Positions 39,621-53,160 of a DNA stretch of 64,000 nucleotides are shown in pieces. The notes under the pieces were generated by a model. The model was not told where the DNA came from, searched no databases, and saw only the letters and a list, made by a program, of their open reading frames with translations. The translations under genes were made by a program, and so were the position numbers. Source of the DNA: Tubiluchus corallicola (lineage: Eukaryota > Animalia > Priapulida); the NCBI GenBank assembly GCA_030141605.1, contig JAQGDQ010000680.1, forward strand, positions 1-64,000, read 5' to 3'. The number at the start of each line of letters is the position of its first letter. Position 1 is the first letter of the stretch.

Positions 39621-42139
39621 AACTACGACGTTAAATTACAAAAACTCCAAAAATCCTAGGAATTAAAAATTAGCAAAAAAGATTTCATCGGTTACACAAA
39701 AAACTCCATTTCGTAGACTTCTGGACATAAAAACACAACATTAAGAGCGTTGCAGCTCAGTTACTGAATGATACGCTGATTTAATATGAAAATATTCATT
39801 TCCAGTAAAATTAATTGAAAAATTAATACGTACGTCTTTCACTGTAAACTCGCAGGTTGCAGATACCAATTTTACGATAATAATTATTAGGAAATTGTGC
39901 ACGTTTAGAATTTAAATTCGAAACCCCACACGATTTCAGTCGTTTCAAAACTTAAATTCGGATAGCAGTCTATCTACGATTGCATTTCACATGATATAAT
40001 TACGTAATGAACATTAGTACACATAATTTTCTTTACAATTTAGATATACGCGCGCACATATAACCTGCTTTACCTTTTACATTTTCACACACTGAAATAA
40101 CAATGAGTTAACTTTCAATTATTCGTGGTAAAGCACAGGTCTGGTCTGTGGCCTTTAAAATCAATCACATCTGAACACAACAACTGTATGAATCGCTGTA
40201 CCGCTGCAAATCAATAACGCGAGCCATGGAAACTACTCTTAGTATTGCGCAGCGGCTACCCACTAGCTGCAGAATAATACCAGAGGGCTATGCGCAGTTC
40301 ATGTATAATGTATAAAGGCTATAATATTGATTAGTACGTGGGAAGAGGTTCACTGTTATACGGTACATTCATTTACTCCTAATAATGATAGCTAGATCAT
40401 CTACTGGCGCTGTTACACTGCGAGAAGCTCAAAAGGCCAAAACTGCAACGACGTATGTCGCCATTATTGCGCAACGTACCTTGTGATCATCATAATGTTT
40501 TGGAAGTTTCTTTAGGACACAAAGCGATCTGAAAGTAAATAAAGAGTTTAGGTTTCATACCATATAATCCAGCAGGAAAATGAGGTAATACGCATTAGTT
40601 GTAACACTGCAATGTTAATCTATTATGTATCTCAAATTCTGCAGAGCCAGATTGCTTCTAGAAATTAAATACAGGTAGTTTTATGGGGAGAATTTTTACG
40701 TGATAGAAAATGATATACAGCTTGAAGCCTTGAACCAGTAAAAAGGAGCAATTTAGAAGACAAGGCTATACAATGTGCGTCATGCAAAACTGAAAGATCA
40801 GCCTAAATTAATAGAATTTTAGAGACAAATTTGTACCGAATAACAGCTTTTTAACTGACAGTTAAGGATACTATTTAACAAGCAACAGTTTAAAAGCACG
40901 CCTAAGGCAGAACGCATTCATTGCGTTAGAGGTGGGCGTGAAGCCAAGGCAGACTGAGAGTGATATGAAGGTAAAGCTTGTTTTCTTTGAGATAATGTGT
41001 TTTAAATTAATAAATCACCCTCAGTCCAGTTACCGGTAAAGGAAACTGAGACACAGCTGTTATCAGCAGAAATTTGGTCGGTGGTGTTGGCGGCTGGCCA
41101 GGGTAATCATAACTTACAGTTGTATATTATATGTTGCAATGTGGTGGTCTGAACCAAGGAAACCAGAAACGCTATAGCTGTGTGAAACAGATGTTAGAAA
41201 AGTGCACCTTGCAAAGTAAACATGCTGCAGCTGGCTTCTGAAACACCCGTTTGCTATGAAGTAAAAACAGCACGGAGAAAAAGTGCAAAATTTCTAACAG
41301 GTTCAATTATATTAAGTAACTAATAGACTGACAAAGTCCAGTCCTAGTAGTATTCATAGGAAACTAACATGAGCGATGTAGTTCTAAGATTAACTTGAGA
41401 TGGGCCAGATGGAACTTATAATCAAAAAACAATTTTAAAAAATTAAAACAAAAACGAACTATATAATTAACTAAAGCAGTAAACAAATGAACGAACTAAT
41501 CAAACAACAAAAAAATTAAGCTGAAGCAGCGAATTATATCTAATTAATGTTAAATTCCTGGATCATTAGTTTCCCATACATGTACGTACAATGGAACTTC
41601 TGCCCATATGCCATAGTAGTGCGAAAGTACATGTGTATGTATATTCACAAGCCACTTAATGTGGCTTTAAATTAAGAAGTAGGTATCTTATATTTTATAA
41701 TTACTCTGCGTTGTCACGATATTATCATCAAACTCTAATTTTAATCTAATGCTTCTTGTGAAACCCGGACGTTTATAAAATTTATCTCACAGCTTTAATT
41801 TTCCTTAGCTTTAATACAAATTTTTACACCTAACTTTTAAGACACGAAAAGCCGATCAGTATCAGTTCAAGATTCTGGAAGCAACTGAGCCGAATGAACT
41901 CAGTAACCCATTTTTAGTAACTTAACAATTATTGATTTCATGATTGAGCTTTATATTAGCGTTGCTAAGCAACCACATGGGCTTTACGAACGTCATTTCA
42001 TTCATTCATACATCACTGGATCAATTTTACACAGACAATAACATGAAAGAGTATTCGTAGTTTTTTGCAACCAATGACACTTGTTGATATAATACAGCAA
42101 GGTTCTAACCCTATATTAAACTAATATTCTGTGGGTGTG

Positions 42140-42455
42140 TGTGTGGGTGTAGCACACGAAAACAAACCGAATTTAATCATTGCTCCGCCATTACGATTAA
42201 AAGAAGACTGAGGTGGATAAGACATGTCATACTACTACCAGATAATAACCCACTAAAATTAGTTTTAAAAGAAGCGCTGAATAAAGGAAAACCACAAGGT
42301 GGTAGCTACCCTGATTTATTTCAAAAGACGAAAAGCACTGGTCAATACAGAAATAAAAAATACAAAGGCATGGGAAGTTGTAGGCAACAGGGAGCATAGA
42401 CTAGAATGGTAGTAGTCCAATGAGGAAGGGTGACTCGAGATGAAGATGATGATAT
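42140..42455 (+). mobile_element. RTE-type LINE 3' fragment
   Basis: IKRRLRWIRHVILLPDNNPLK resembles the RRLRW.GHV.R motif. It ends in a (GAT)n-like tail. Confidence 0.65.
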
Positions 42456-42779
42456 TACGATGGCCGCACTTGAGTATGACAACCATAATTGTTATTAAAT
42501 ACTAAATGATTGCTTATCATTTAATGCTAATAAATGAAAGTAGGTAAAAACGGCACAGACAAAAATTACACAAGAAAAATACACAGTTAAAAATGTTTAT
42601 ACTAATTACTTAGTAGAACCAGCCAAAGCGCTGTGAAGTTTCTGCACAAACTCCAGTTACTAAGTTCAAAGTCCTGATAGAAAATTTAATAAAACTGCAA
42701 AACATGTTAATGTTCATTTACCACATCCCTCTGACTAGTAGGCAAAGTCACTGGTCACTACACTGGACTTTTAACATGG

Positions 42780-43310
42780 AAACAAAAATCATCATTAGCT
42801 GGATTTTTAAATAATTGGAGTTGTACCCTAACCTCAATATATCTATACACTTAAACAAGTGGTACTGTTACTACTACAACAAGTCCCTTTTGATAATCAT
42901 CAACATAGCTGACAATGTACAACTACCATGCGCCGTTCAATTATCAAAATGTCATCAAGAATGAAATGTCCCTCAGAACGTACCTACAAGTTTACCGAAT
43001 GTATCTTTTTCCCTAAATTTTTTGTGGTGCAATCTGCTGTCAGAAAATGTTGACTGTGAAATTGGTCTAGAATTGCATACATTAACAGTGTTATGTGGTT
43101 TGATATGTTTTATTAAAGATATTTCCATGATGCTGTTACTACAAAGCATATTTGACCGTTCCCCATTAAAGATCACACTTTAAATTTTAAGCACCATTCC
43201 TAACATTTCCTTGATAGCAAACAAACAATGGCTTAGACTATTATGATGATCATGAAAATGTCAAAGGTTAAGTGTACCAGACAACGCATTTGTGTACACT
43301 GGACAATGCC
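42780..43310 (-). mobile_element. Highly decayed LINE reverse transcriptase fragment
   Basis: CNSRPISQ (NYRPISL-like) and IVSYVDD (~42895-42915) on the minus strand. Confidence 0.55.
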
Positions 43311-43805
43311 TTGCAGCCCTTGATATTGTAATAGTCACAATTTTAACAGCTAGCTAGAACCTTACCTATTACTGAACTGAGCGTAAGATGGTTTTCCTTT
43401 ACACGCAAGTTACATAACGGTTGTAGTTAAGACGCGTTGCTGTGGTATACTTAATCTTTGACCTACAGCAACTGCACATGCGCATAGCCAAACTATGAAA
43501 AGGCTTATTCAAATGAGTGAGCCTTCAACTTGAACCAACATGAAGCCTTCCACATGAAGAACAACAACTTTAACTGTGCACAAATGTGCATCTACAAAAG
43601 CTCACTGACAACAAAATGACATGGAAACCCAAATGTATTTTCATTTTTTATTTCCTGTAATGTTAAAATGGCACAAAGTTAACCATAGGTTAACTGACAT
43701 AGTTTAATTCATCTTTTCCCAAGTTTTCATTTGCAGAATCAACCTACCATATTACAAACATGTAAATTTCAACTTCATGATGTAATTTTCACATTTCAGG
43801 GTCAT

Positions 43806-44177
43806 TGTTGTGGAGATCGCTAGCACCTATCAGAATTAACTAGAACATTGTAGAATGTTCCATTAGAATAATCGTCTTACCTTGTAGAATATTCTAGAAA
43901 GAAACGTCTAGAATGTTCCCTGGCACCCTATATAAGGCGAAGCAGGCTGCTGAGGGAGGAGACACACAGATTCACTCGGACGCCACTTACACATTCTCTT
44001 GTATAATTCTATGTTCAGATACACTAAAACGTTTTTCAGATTTTCATGTTTAGTGTAATCATTTCGCGTTCCTTCATACTTTTGTGTTGTAGAATTCTCG
44101 CTTAATAAACTAGTTTAATTTGATGAACTGTTTTCTGGTTTTCTCTACGAGCCTTCCAAGAGAAACAAAACACAACA
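43806..44177 (+). mobile_element. Solo LTR (372 bp)
   Basis: TGTTGTG...CACAACA termini, perfect 5-bp TSD GTCAT, TATATAA box (~43929) and AATAAA (44104) in LTR order. Confidence 0.93.
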
Positions 44178-44799
44178 GTCATATCAAACCATACATTTTT
44201 CCAAATACCATAAATACAGTAAATCAGCAAGTCTTTGCCTTACCAATCCATTCCCCCAGTCATTAAACAAATACTTGTGAGTTTTGTTGTTTACATTCAA
44301 ACATTTTTACTAAATAGAAATAACTAAAAGTCACTTAGAGTAGTCATTTAAAGTCACTTAAATGTTAGCAGTACAGATATCATAAGTGCTCTATATCTAA
44401 AATTATAAATGCTCTTTCTCATGGTTGTGTCGGCTTCTATCTTTCCTTTTCAGTTTCTTCTACACCACATAGTGGGAAACAATCATTTTTTGACACCCCT
44501 TACATCTCAAGGTGGTCCTACATAAAGTTTACATTTCAGTGGCAGAGCTATGGGGGCAGATGGGGTAGTCTGAACTTTTCAGAAGGTGGCACTTTCATCA
44601 GGTGCACTGAAAAGTTGATTCTGTCAGAACAGTAGACGCATAAACACCTGACAATTTAATATACTGCTAACATTGCTGCTTAGTGATCAAGTGGAATTAA
44701 ATCCAGGCCCTCACGGGAGAAAGCCTAACGGCCTTGTGGGACTTGCAACCGAGCAGTTAAAACTGACACCATAAGATGCAACCAGTGTGAGCAAACTAT

Positions 44800-46570
44800 G
44801 TGAACATATCATGGGACATGCTAAAGGCATACAATAATTTATCTTGGATCTGCTTTCTTTCTTTAATACTATTTCAAATCGTTTTTTGCTGCTAGATCAG
44901 GATACTTTCTCAAGCGAAAAACTCCATTGAAAATCCTTGCTCAATGTTGGTAAATGTAGTATGTCACAGCTTGTCAGAGGTGCAACAAGATCAGCATCTC
45001 TTGTAAAATACTAGATCTACTTTCAACAATTAATGTGTCCCTAATTAGAAATGTGGAGATAAAACCAAAAATAAGTGATCATGAAGCTGTTCTTGTATCC
45101 ATAGATGCATATGACAAATATAAAAAAATACGCCACTTGGATCTATATGTTTGATAGGGCTGACACTAACTAGCTTAAACATGACAATGAACTTCTTACT
45201 CAAAAATTTCTTGAAACTCATCCGGAAAAAACTGGAATCTCCTGAAAGATGCTATCCTATGAAATTTAATTAAACACATCCCTGCTAGGAAACAAAGTCC
45301 ACGAGGGATCTCCCATGGGTCACCCAAGCTATTAAAAGAGAAATGATAGACTTCATATGAAAGTTAGGGAAAACAAATCTTCACAACATTATCAGTCCTA
45401 CAAGGTTCAGCGCAACAAAGCTTTTGATACTGTGCCGCATCATAAGACTCCTTCATAAGCTCCATTATTATGGTGTTTGTGGAAGGACTGCAGCTTGGAT
45501 ATCTGGTTTTCTCCTTAATTGAACTCAAAACAGTATCTGTCAATTGGAACTGAGTCTTCTTGGTCCCTAGTATCATTAAGTGTTCCATAGGGCTCTGTCC
45601 TCAGAGTATGTTCTGTACATCAACGACATTAACGCAAACATATCATCCCAATCGATGACAGTATTATATACAAGGAAGCGACATCTAGGGAAGGTCAGAT
45701 TCAATTGCAAGATGATTTAGAGAAACTCCATCGGTGGTCTAAGGACTGGTGTGTGCAGTGCAACCCTACCAAGTGTTATGTTCTAAGTATTACTAATAAA
45801 CAGAAACTAAGCTCTTTCCAATGCACAACTGCAGATGTACGATGTACCATTAACAAAGGTCAGCTCACATGAATACCTCGTAGTTACAATAGATCAAATC
45901 TCTACTGGAATGATTACTGTGATAAGATAAAATCTAAAAGTAATGGCAGCTTGGGCCTGTTTCGAAGAACGCTTACTAACTGATTGTTCTGTGGAAGTAA
46001 AGCAGATTGCTTATAACACCTAGGTAGACTTAGGATGGCATATGCTTGCTGTGCATGGGGCGCTTATATCCAGCTTAATATTTCTAACTTGGAGAAGGTT
46101 CAACGCCAAGCAGCTCGTTTTGCTAAAAACGAATATCGCCGAGAGGATAGTATTGTGACATCACTACTTCAACAACTAGAATGGGATACTTTGGAGAACA
46201 GAAGGTTGCTCTACTAAGCCACAATGTTCTATAAAATTAATTATGGACTTGTGAATATACCCTTTGCTACATGCATTGTACCATTCTTCTTATGCACCCA
46301 TTCAAATATGCCCATTGTCCAAGTTCTATTTAGTGTCCTCTCTTACACATATTCCTTTTACCCTCGAATTATCAGGACATGGAACAGGCTTCCAACATTG
46401 GCAGTAAGTGCTAGCTCCATCGAGAAATTCCGGCAGGTGACACTTCATGCCATTAGAAGCATGGAGCTTGTTCATGTGGGAAGATTGCAAAAAAATTACA
46501 CATTTTAAATGTACACTAATAAACCACCCGAGCACTTTGTACCATTAAGATATCGAGTGGACATTTTTGC
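44800..46570 (+). mobile_element. Decayed CR1-group LINE ORF2
   Basis: KAFDTVPH.RLLHKLHYYG, LYINDI, LQDDLEKLHRWSKDW, LEKVQRQAARF and SFYPRIIRTWNRLP motifs, spread across frameshifts. Confidence 0.9.
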
Positions 46571-47722
46571 TTGATGCACAGGGCCGTTGAATTCACTCAC
46601 CATTCCAGTTTTGCTATTTTCAGCTTTTGGAATTATCGACTGAAGATTCCAATTCCATTTGATTCGCTATTGAAATGTTAAAATTTCCATACAGTGTGCA
46701 GTCAAAAGTATTGAATTTATTCAATTTAACAGTTTTCACTCTTCAATGACTTCTCGTTCATCAAAAATATTAAGCCAGTTCAGTTGGAACAGTTAAAATT
46801 CAAGAAAGATGTAGTATTCTGAAAATAACTGGCCTAACAAAAATTAATTACTATAAGACTACTTCATGTAAATTATAATTATTACAACCATGGTATATTA
46901 TTATTCTTCTGAGCCATTTTTACCAATTTCAAAGCAACGACAAAGCAGCTATTATGTAGATTGCTATGATAAGTGATTCAAAATGCCAGAGATGCGATGC
47001 CAATAAAAAAACAATGTATATCAATCTATATAATAGCTGCTTGGTCGTTGCCATGAAATTAGTAAAAAAATTATTTTCTACTAACATAAACCTTTCAGAC
47101 ACATAATAATTTAGAAGTGAGCATCACCAGCTACTGAAAGCTCTATGTTGTGAAGAACGGACATTCGTATAACTCTTTTTAATCAAGTTTGCACATGGTT
47201 TCCCTATACTGTTTCTGCTTACAATTATTTTTATGAGAACAGTAGAACACAGTACCAAGGCCCTTTATTATTAAACAGTATACGCCTCTTGCAACATTCT
47301 TAAAAAAGTCTACATAGTTTTACGCTTTAAGTTTAAGCGTAATAATAATCAATTAAGATAGCTATACGTAGCAATTAATAACGAATGAACTACTGAATAC
47401 TGTTTTAAAATGTAAGTACGTAATTTTCCTGAGAACTTCATTTAATTACTCACGTTTACTGGCTTATTTGGCTGCCACATCTATAATAGTTACGAACAAA
47501 GAAAAAACGTCCCTTTTTCAAAAAGGCGGGACAGCATTTACAAATTACTCTGAAGTGTAACAAAAACAATCAATCTACCACAACGAAAGTACGTTTACTT
47601 ACGGCACAAGTCAGCATGTCACGTATGATTCATCAAAACAGTTGTGTCGTCATTACGACGTAACGAAAGCTTAGCCAATGATGGAGTTGGGTAATATCTA
47701 TTTTTAGAGAAACGTAACGGCG

Positions 47723-48620
47723 CATTCAATTCAACTTGAATTCAATTTTATTTGCACAAACACATACAATGTACGTTGGCAAAGCACTGAATACAATATA
47801 ATATACATGTCAAATACTATATAAATAGAAAAAAATCAATTCATACAGGCTTCATTCAAAACTATTTTTATAGACAAATATTAAGATATAGTATACTGAT
47901 ACAAAAATCACAGTTAAATATATCGCATTATATATTCATCAATGAAAAAAGAAAATGACTTAAGAGTAGTATCTATTCCAGCTTTTTAAACGAAATATTA
48001 TAAAATGTGAGTTGAAAATAATTGTAGCTAGAGGCAGCTGTCGTAGTGCTGATTTCTTCTTACCTGGGTATCGGAGTTGTTGCCAAATTACGTTTCTTGC
48101 ATTGATGTCATAAATGTATAAAGTGTAACCATAAAGCCTATAAAAACAAAAAAACTGTATTAAAAACAACTATAGATTATGCAATATATAATTATACCAA
48201 AATATTAAATGTCTCAACTATTGAATAGCTGAGTTAAGATTGAAAAGGTTCAACTAGGTGTGGCCAGTGTCAGTTTCTTGTTATTTTTATTTGGAAGTTT
48301 TTAAATATATATTCTCCAAAGTGAATTATATCTTGTTGAATATTACTGTTAAACAGCCACACGAGACTGTTGGTATTTCTAGAGGAAAAAGTTAGATTGT
48401 GAATTTTATTTTCATAATTTCTTTTATTTTCAGCAAAAAGTGGGCAGTCATAAGTAAAGTGCATTTCATCTTCTGTTTCTTGTTTTTTAGCGGAGGAGTT
48501 TGCGCAATAACTGCATGCTCGTTCTCGTTCTGTTTTGGCATAACGAGCACATTCGATTTTCAAATCGTGATCACTCACTCGTACTTCTGTGACAGTCTGT
48601 GTATGATTTTTGTCTTTAAT
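47723..48620 (-). mobile_element. LINE 3' end (RTEX-like) with CCHC-type motif and (TTGAA)n tail
   Basis: SDHDLKIECARY...RERACSYC...EDEMHFTYDCPLF at 48270-48578. AATAAA followed by TTGAA repeats on the minus strand at 47723-47752. Confidence 0.75.
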
Positions 48621-48770
48621 TCAGACTAGCGAGTTTTCTCGCCAAACAGACAGGAAGCACTAACTGAACCTCCCCCGGTTTTTTTTCACTCGCAGCAACA
48701 TGGTCGGAGAGTTTGCAAGTTGCTGACAGCAAACGCGCAAAGTAGTTAGACAGAAAACTCGCTAGCCTGA
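48621..48770. repeat. 150-bp inverted-repeat (MITE-like) unit
   Basis: TCAGACTAGCGAGTTTTCT / AGAAAACTCGCTAGCCTGA are 18/19 complementary. Confidence 0.7.
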
Positions 48771-51700
48771 TGACATGGTGCCAGCAACCAAACTCAGTAT
48801 GTCAGCTTTGACGTCAGTCACTCTAGCCAAATTTGTCTGCCCAGCTGTTTGGACAGATTAGTCCAGAGACAGGCTAATGGTTTGATTGGTTTCCAGTCTC
48901 TTTTTTGTGCCATATCTTGAGGCCCTGACTTATTGGCACTTTTAACCACCAAGAGATACCCACATATGATGAGTTTTATAGCAGAGTGCCTATCTTATCA
49001 TCATATGAATTACATGTGCTAGCTGTTATGGAGTAAGTTTGTGCTAGTAAGTTTCGTACAGGTAAATTTGGTTCTGGTAATTTTGGTACGGGGAAAATTT
49101 GCTACTTAAAATTTTTGATATAGGGCATTTTTCACAATACTTTTTTTTGTTTTCATTTTACGTTTAAAATTAAAATAATACACGTTTTTATTATGTTGAC
49201 AATTTTATGAGCTTACTGTAAAACTTTTTATTGTGTTTTGATTTTAAACACAAAATTAAAATGTATAATCAATATATTAAAAATTGTTTGGTGTGGCCAC
49301 GGCACCTTTTTTATGTACTTGCTTCCCCTAACTTTGTAACCTGGCCATGCCCCTGACTGGCAAAGTTTGGTACTAGGAAAATGTGATACAGAGAATGTTT
49401 GGTAAAAGGAAGGTTTGATACTATGAAAATGTCTTATAACCTACTCTAAAAGATTATAGAGCTCATATTGTTGCATTTGTTTTTGTTAGTCTTTTGTTCA
49501 ATTATTTATTATTTCATTTAGTGTTATTATTGTTGTTTGTCTGCTTCTTGCTAGCTCAGTTGTCGTGGTCATCATTATCGTGAATGCTGTCATCATTGTT
49601 ACGTTTGTCATTTTGTTGCTGTTGACAATAATAATTGTTGTTGTTGTTGCCTTTATCATTGTTGTTGGTGCTGTTCTTGTATGTTTGTTTTTTGCGTGTT
49701 CTTTCCTTTTCTTATCTTGACCATTATAACCGCCACTAGTAGTTGATAATAATTTAGATTAAAAACAGATTACCCGAAGGAGGCCAACCCTTTATGGTTA
49801 GGCCTCGAATCCAGAAATTATCACTGGTTTCTTGGACAATCGAAGATTAGGATTACCGTTCCTTTCATCAATACTGACAATGGTTTCATACTCATTTAAT
49901 TCAGAATAAACCGAATATACTTGTTCACCATACTTAACTTGTACTGTTTTTTTGAAAATAATTACGATATTATAACGTCTACCAAAATTATAATCGAAAT
50001 CATAAAGTAGATTTTAGATAATAATATTTTTTTGCCAGTTTAATCGATATTATTCCAAGGAAAATTTTACAAGAGCTAGAATCAATTCAGTTTTACCTGA
50101 AGTCCCAACAACAATGTTTACATTTTTACATTCTCTCTTTCTTCTGCTTTGTTTACACGTCACTTTTCTGTATTAATTCGTTAACAATCAGGATTGTGAT
50201 GAAAACTTAACTAAACATATTGCAAAAAATTCTAAACAATTTAAATATCTAACAAAGTTAACATGCAGCTTTTTTAATATCATTTAGATTTATAATAAAT
50301 TTAATACTGTCTTGAGGAACTAATTTTTTCTAGTAAGTGTTGCGTATATCCTGATGGAACACATTATAAAAAAGGGTAGGTATTAAAAATTCACATTTTA
50401 ATCAGACAGTTTAAATAATATAAGAATCCAAAAAAAAATAAATTATATAAAAAAATAATTACATTCACAAAAATGTTCTGTAACTTTCGCAAAATACATG
50501 AAAAACTAAAACTACAAAAATCATTGAAGCGCAGAAGTAATTTCTTACTCCCCATTAATTTATTGAATTTATGAGCCACTTGTATTTATCAATAAGTATG
50601 ATCCTAATTGTACTTGAGCGGAAATGATCTCGTTGCGCCGTCTTTTGAGAAAATTAGTTACTGTACACGTATAATATTTAACTACCAAGTGCTTATAATT
50701 TCCTTCCACGGCTCTCGACAGCTGCTGTCATTACGCATTGTTCTTGTTTTGTTCAAAAATTTCTAAAGTCTACTTCACATTGAGTATTCTAAATGTTAGT
50801 TCACACTGAAATGTTAAATGTGTTTACACGATAATTGCTTGAGCAATTACTCACCATTTTATATTTTGTTACTTATGAACAGGTCTGAATTAAAACTTTT
50901 CGACGTGGGTCGATCGTTGCAAATTGAGAATTTATACAAATAATTTATTCGATTAAATATAACAACAGAAGTACAGAACGTTGCTGAGAACAAATAGTAG
51001 ATGTTCGTGTTTGGTTTTTATGCTTGTAGTAAACACATGATACCTACTTTTTGTCAATAAGTTCTAAACCAATATTGTCAATAAAGATACGTTGACACAT
51101 TTTAATATTGATCAAGAAAGCCATGCAACGTTTGTGACTGCAGCATTGCTAGAAATAAATAATTTCGCATAATTATATATTGTAAAGTTTTACACAATAC
51201 TTATAAGGAATGGTGTAAAAATGCAAGGAATTTACACATGATAGCATTTTACCACATCTTATCATCATTTGGTGCTTCCTTTATGCAACATGCCACTATT
51301 TGACCATGACTGAATTGTGTTGATGTCCATAGTTAGGTGTAATGCTCATTATCATAATCATGCTCATAATAACGTCTGCTGTAGTCAATGTCATTGGGCA
51401 GGCAGAATTCTAGAATTAAAAAGTGCTTTTAAGACAAGTAAGCACAGCAGTGATCCAGCAAAAAATTAAATGCTACTTAATGCCAGTAGATTGTCAGCAA
51501 CAATTTCGCGCGTTATCATCATCATAAATTATGCCCATACGACACTTGTAGACATTTGGCAGGCAGATTTCTAAAATAAAAAAATCGACCCTCAAGACAG
51601 GTAAATACAAGAGTAATCCAACAAAAAACTAGATGCCAAAGTAATGATGCTCTGTAACATCACATTGTAAATAAAACGGGATTGACAACACAACACAGGA

Positions 51701-52944
51701 AGCAAATGGTCCACCTTGAATGTACTTTTTGCATTTCGCGTGGAAGCACGTACGTTCGGCATGCCTAACCGACAGTGACCGTGTTCCTGTTTAATTTTTT
51801 AATGCCAATTTTTAAATTCATTAATATAAGCACTGCACCACGTGAATTTCGTATTAGCACTTTGAATTGATTCAGTCGGTGCTATTAATGAAAGTAAGCG
51901 AACCTGCCAGGATGTTTAAATTTAATCAGAATGTTTAGGTTACTGTAATTGTATACCATTATTTATTATTGTATTATGTAAGTGTTATTAATCGAACACA
52001 GTAATTAATAAACCCTTATTTTAATATGTTTTCACAGCGCATAATGTTACGGTGAATAAGAATATTAGGTTTATTTTATTAGCCAGAAAGCTAAGCTAGA
52101 AACTTACTTTAAAACTTAGCCGTATGGTATACCAGCAATCTTTTTCGGTATGCAAATTCCAATATGATCAAAAAGGAGGGAATGAACCATTAAAAAGAGC
52201 TGATAGATATATAGCAACCACGGAGCAAAATAGAGCTAATGAGCTACAGAACTGCTTTTCCTCTGGTTTTATTTATGAAGATGCAATTAATATTCCTCAT
52301 TTACCATCATGGCATCAGTAATGGAACACATGATATTCTTGATGTATCTTAGGTAGCAGAAATTAATTTAAGGAAAAAAATTAAACAAATGTAGGGGAAC
52401 GTGATCCACAAAAGTTATCCACAAAAAATCGTCATATCTATAGCGGTGAACCATAGTAGTGGTAAACCGTACCACTGGTGAACTGTCGAAATACCATTCC
52501 CATAGCCCTACACAACTGATACGAAGCTTCTTCTTCGTGATAATGTGTTAACTTCATCAAATTGAAGGCTCTAACATGAAAGCTGCGCTCTCAGCTTGTG
52601 GATGTCATGTTAGTGTGAAACTTCTTCCTGTGGAAATAAAAATAGTTTATAGTGGTGCATAGTAAAAGAGATAGTAATATCGCCAAGCTCTTCAAGGTAG
52701 GGGTGCTACACCCTACACTGCATTCAACATGCGGTGGAGTACCTTAATCCAGGTTAAATCGAACGTATGGCATTCCTGAATAAGTTTGAGAGTGCCAAGC
52801 TGGATTGTTGACCCTGTAGGTGGTTCCATTCCCTTGCAGTGCGTGGGTAAAAAGAGTGAAGGTGATAATCACAAGAAGAATACGGTATGTTGTATGCAAA
52901 TGAATTTTCCGAATGTGAAGGAATAGTGACATTTTTGCTGGGGA

Positions 52945-53160
52945 GGCATTACATTACTTCAGTTAGTTAGTGCATTTATATCAGTTAAAATTTTTTATTA
53001 TGCATTTTTGTGGTGTTACAATATGTGTTAAACTTTGGGTTATTAGGCCTACATTTTGTGTTAGTTTTTTATTACATTATCAGTTATTACGTTATGCTTT
53101 AATTTTTTCCGTTATTACAATATCGGGCATTTATTACATTATCAGTTTTAACAGGCCCCT
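52945..53160 (+). repeat. Degenerate TTATTACATTATCAG tandem array (MITE arm)
   Basis: Repeated attacattatcagtt-like units ending in taacaggccc. Confidence 0.6.
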
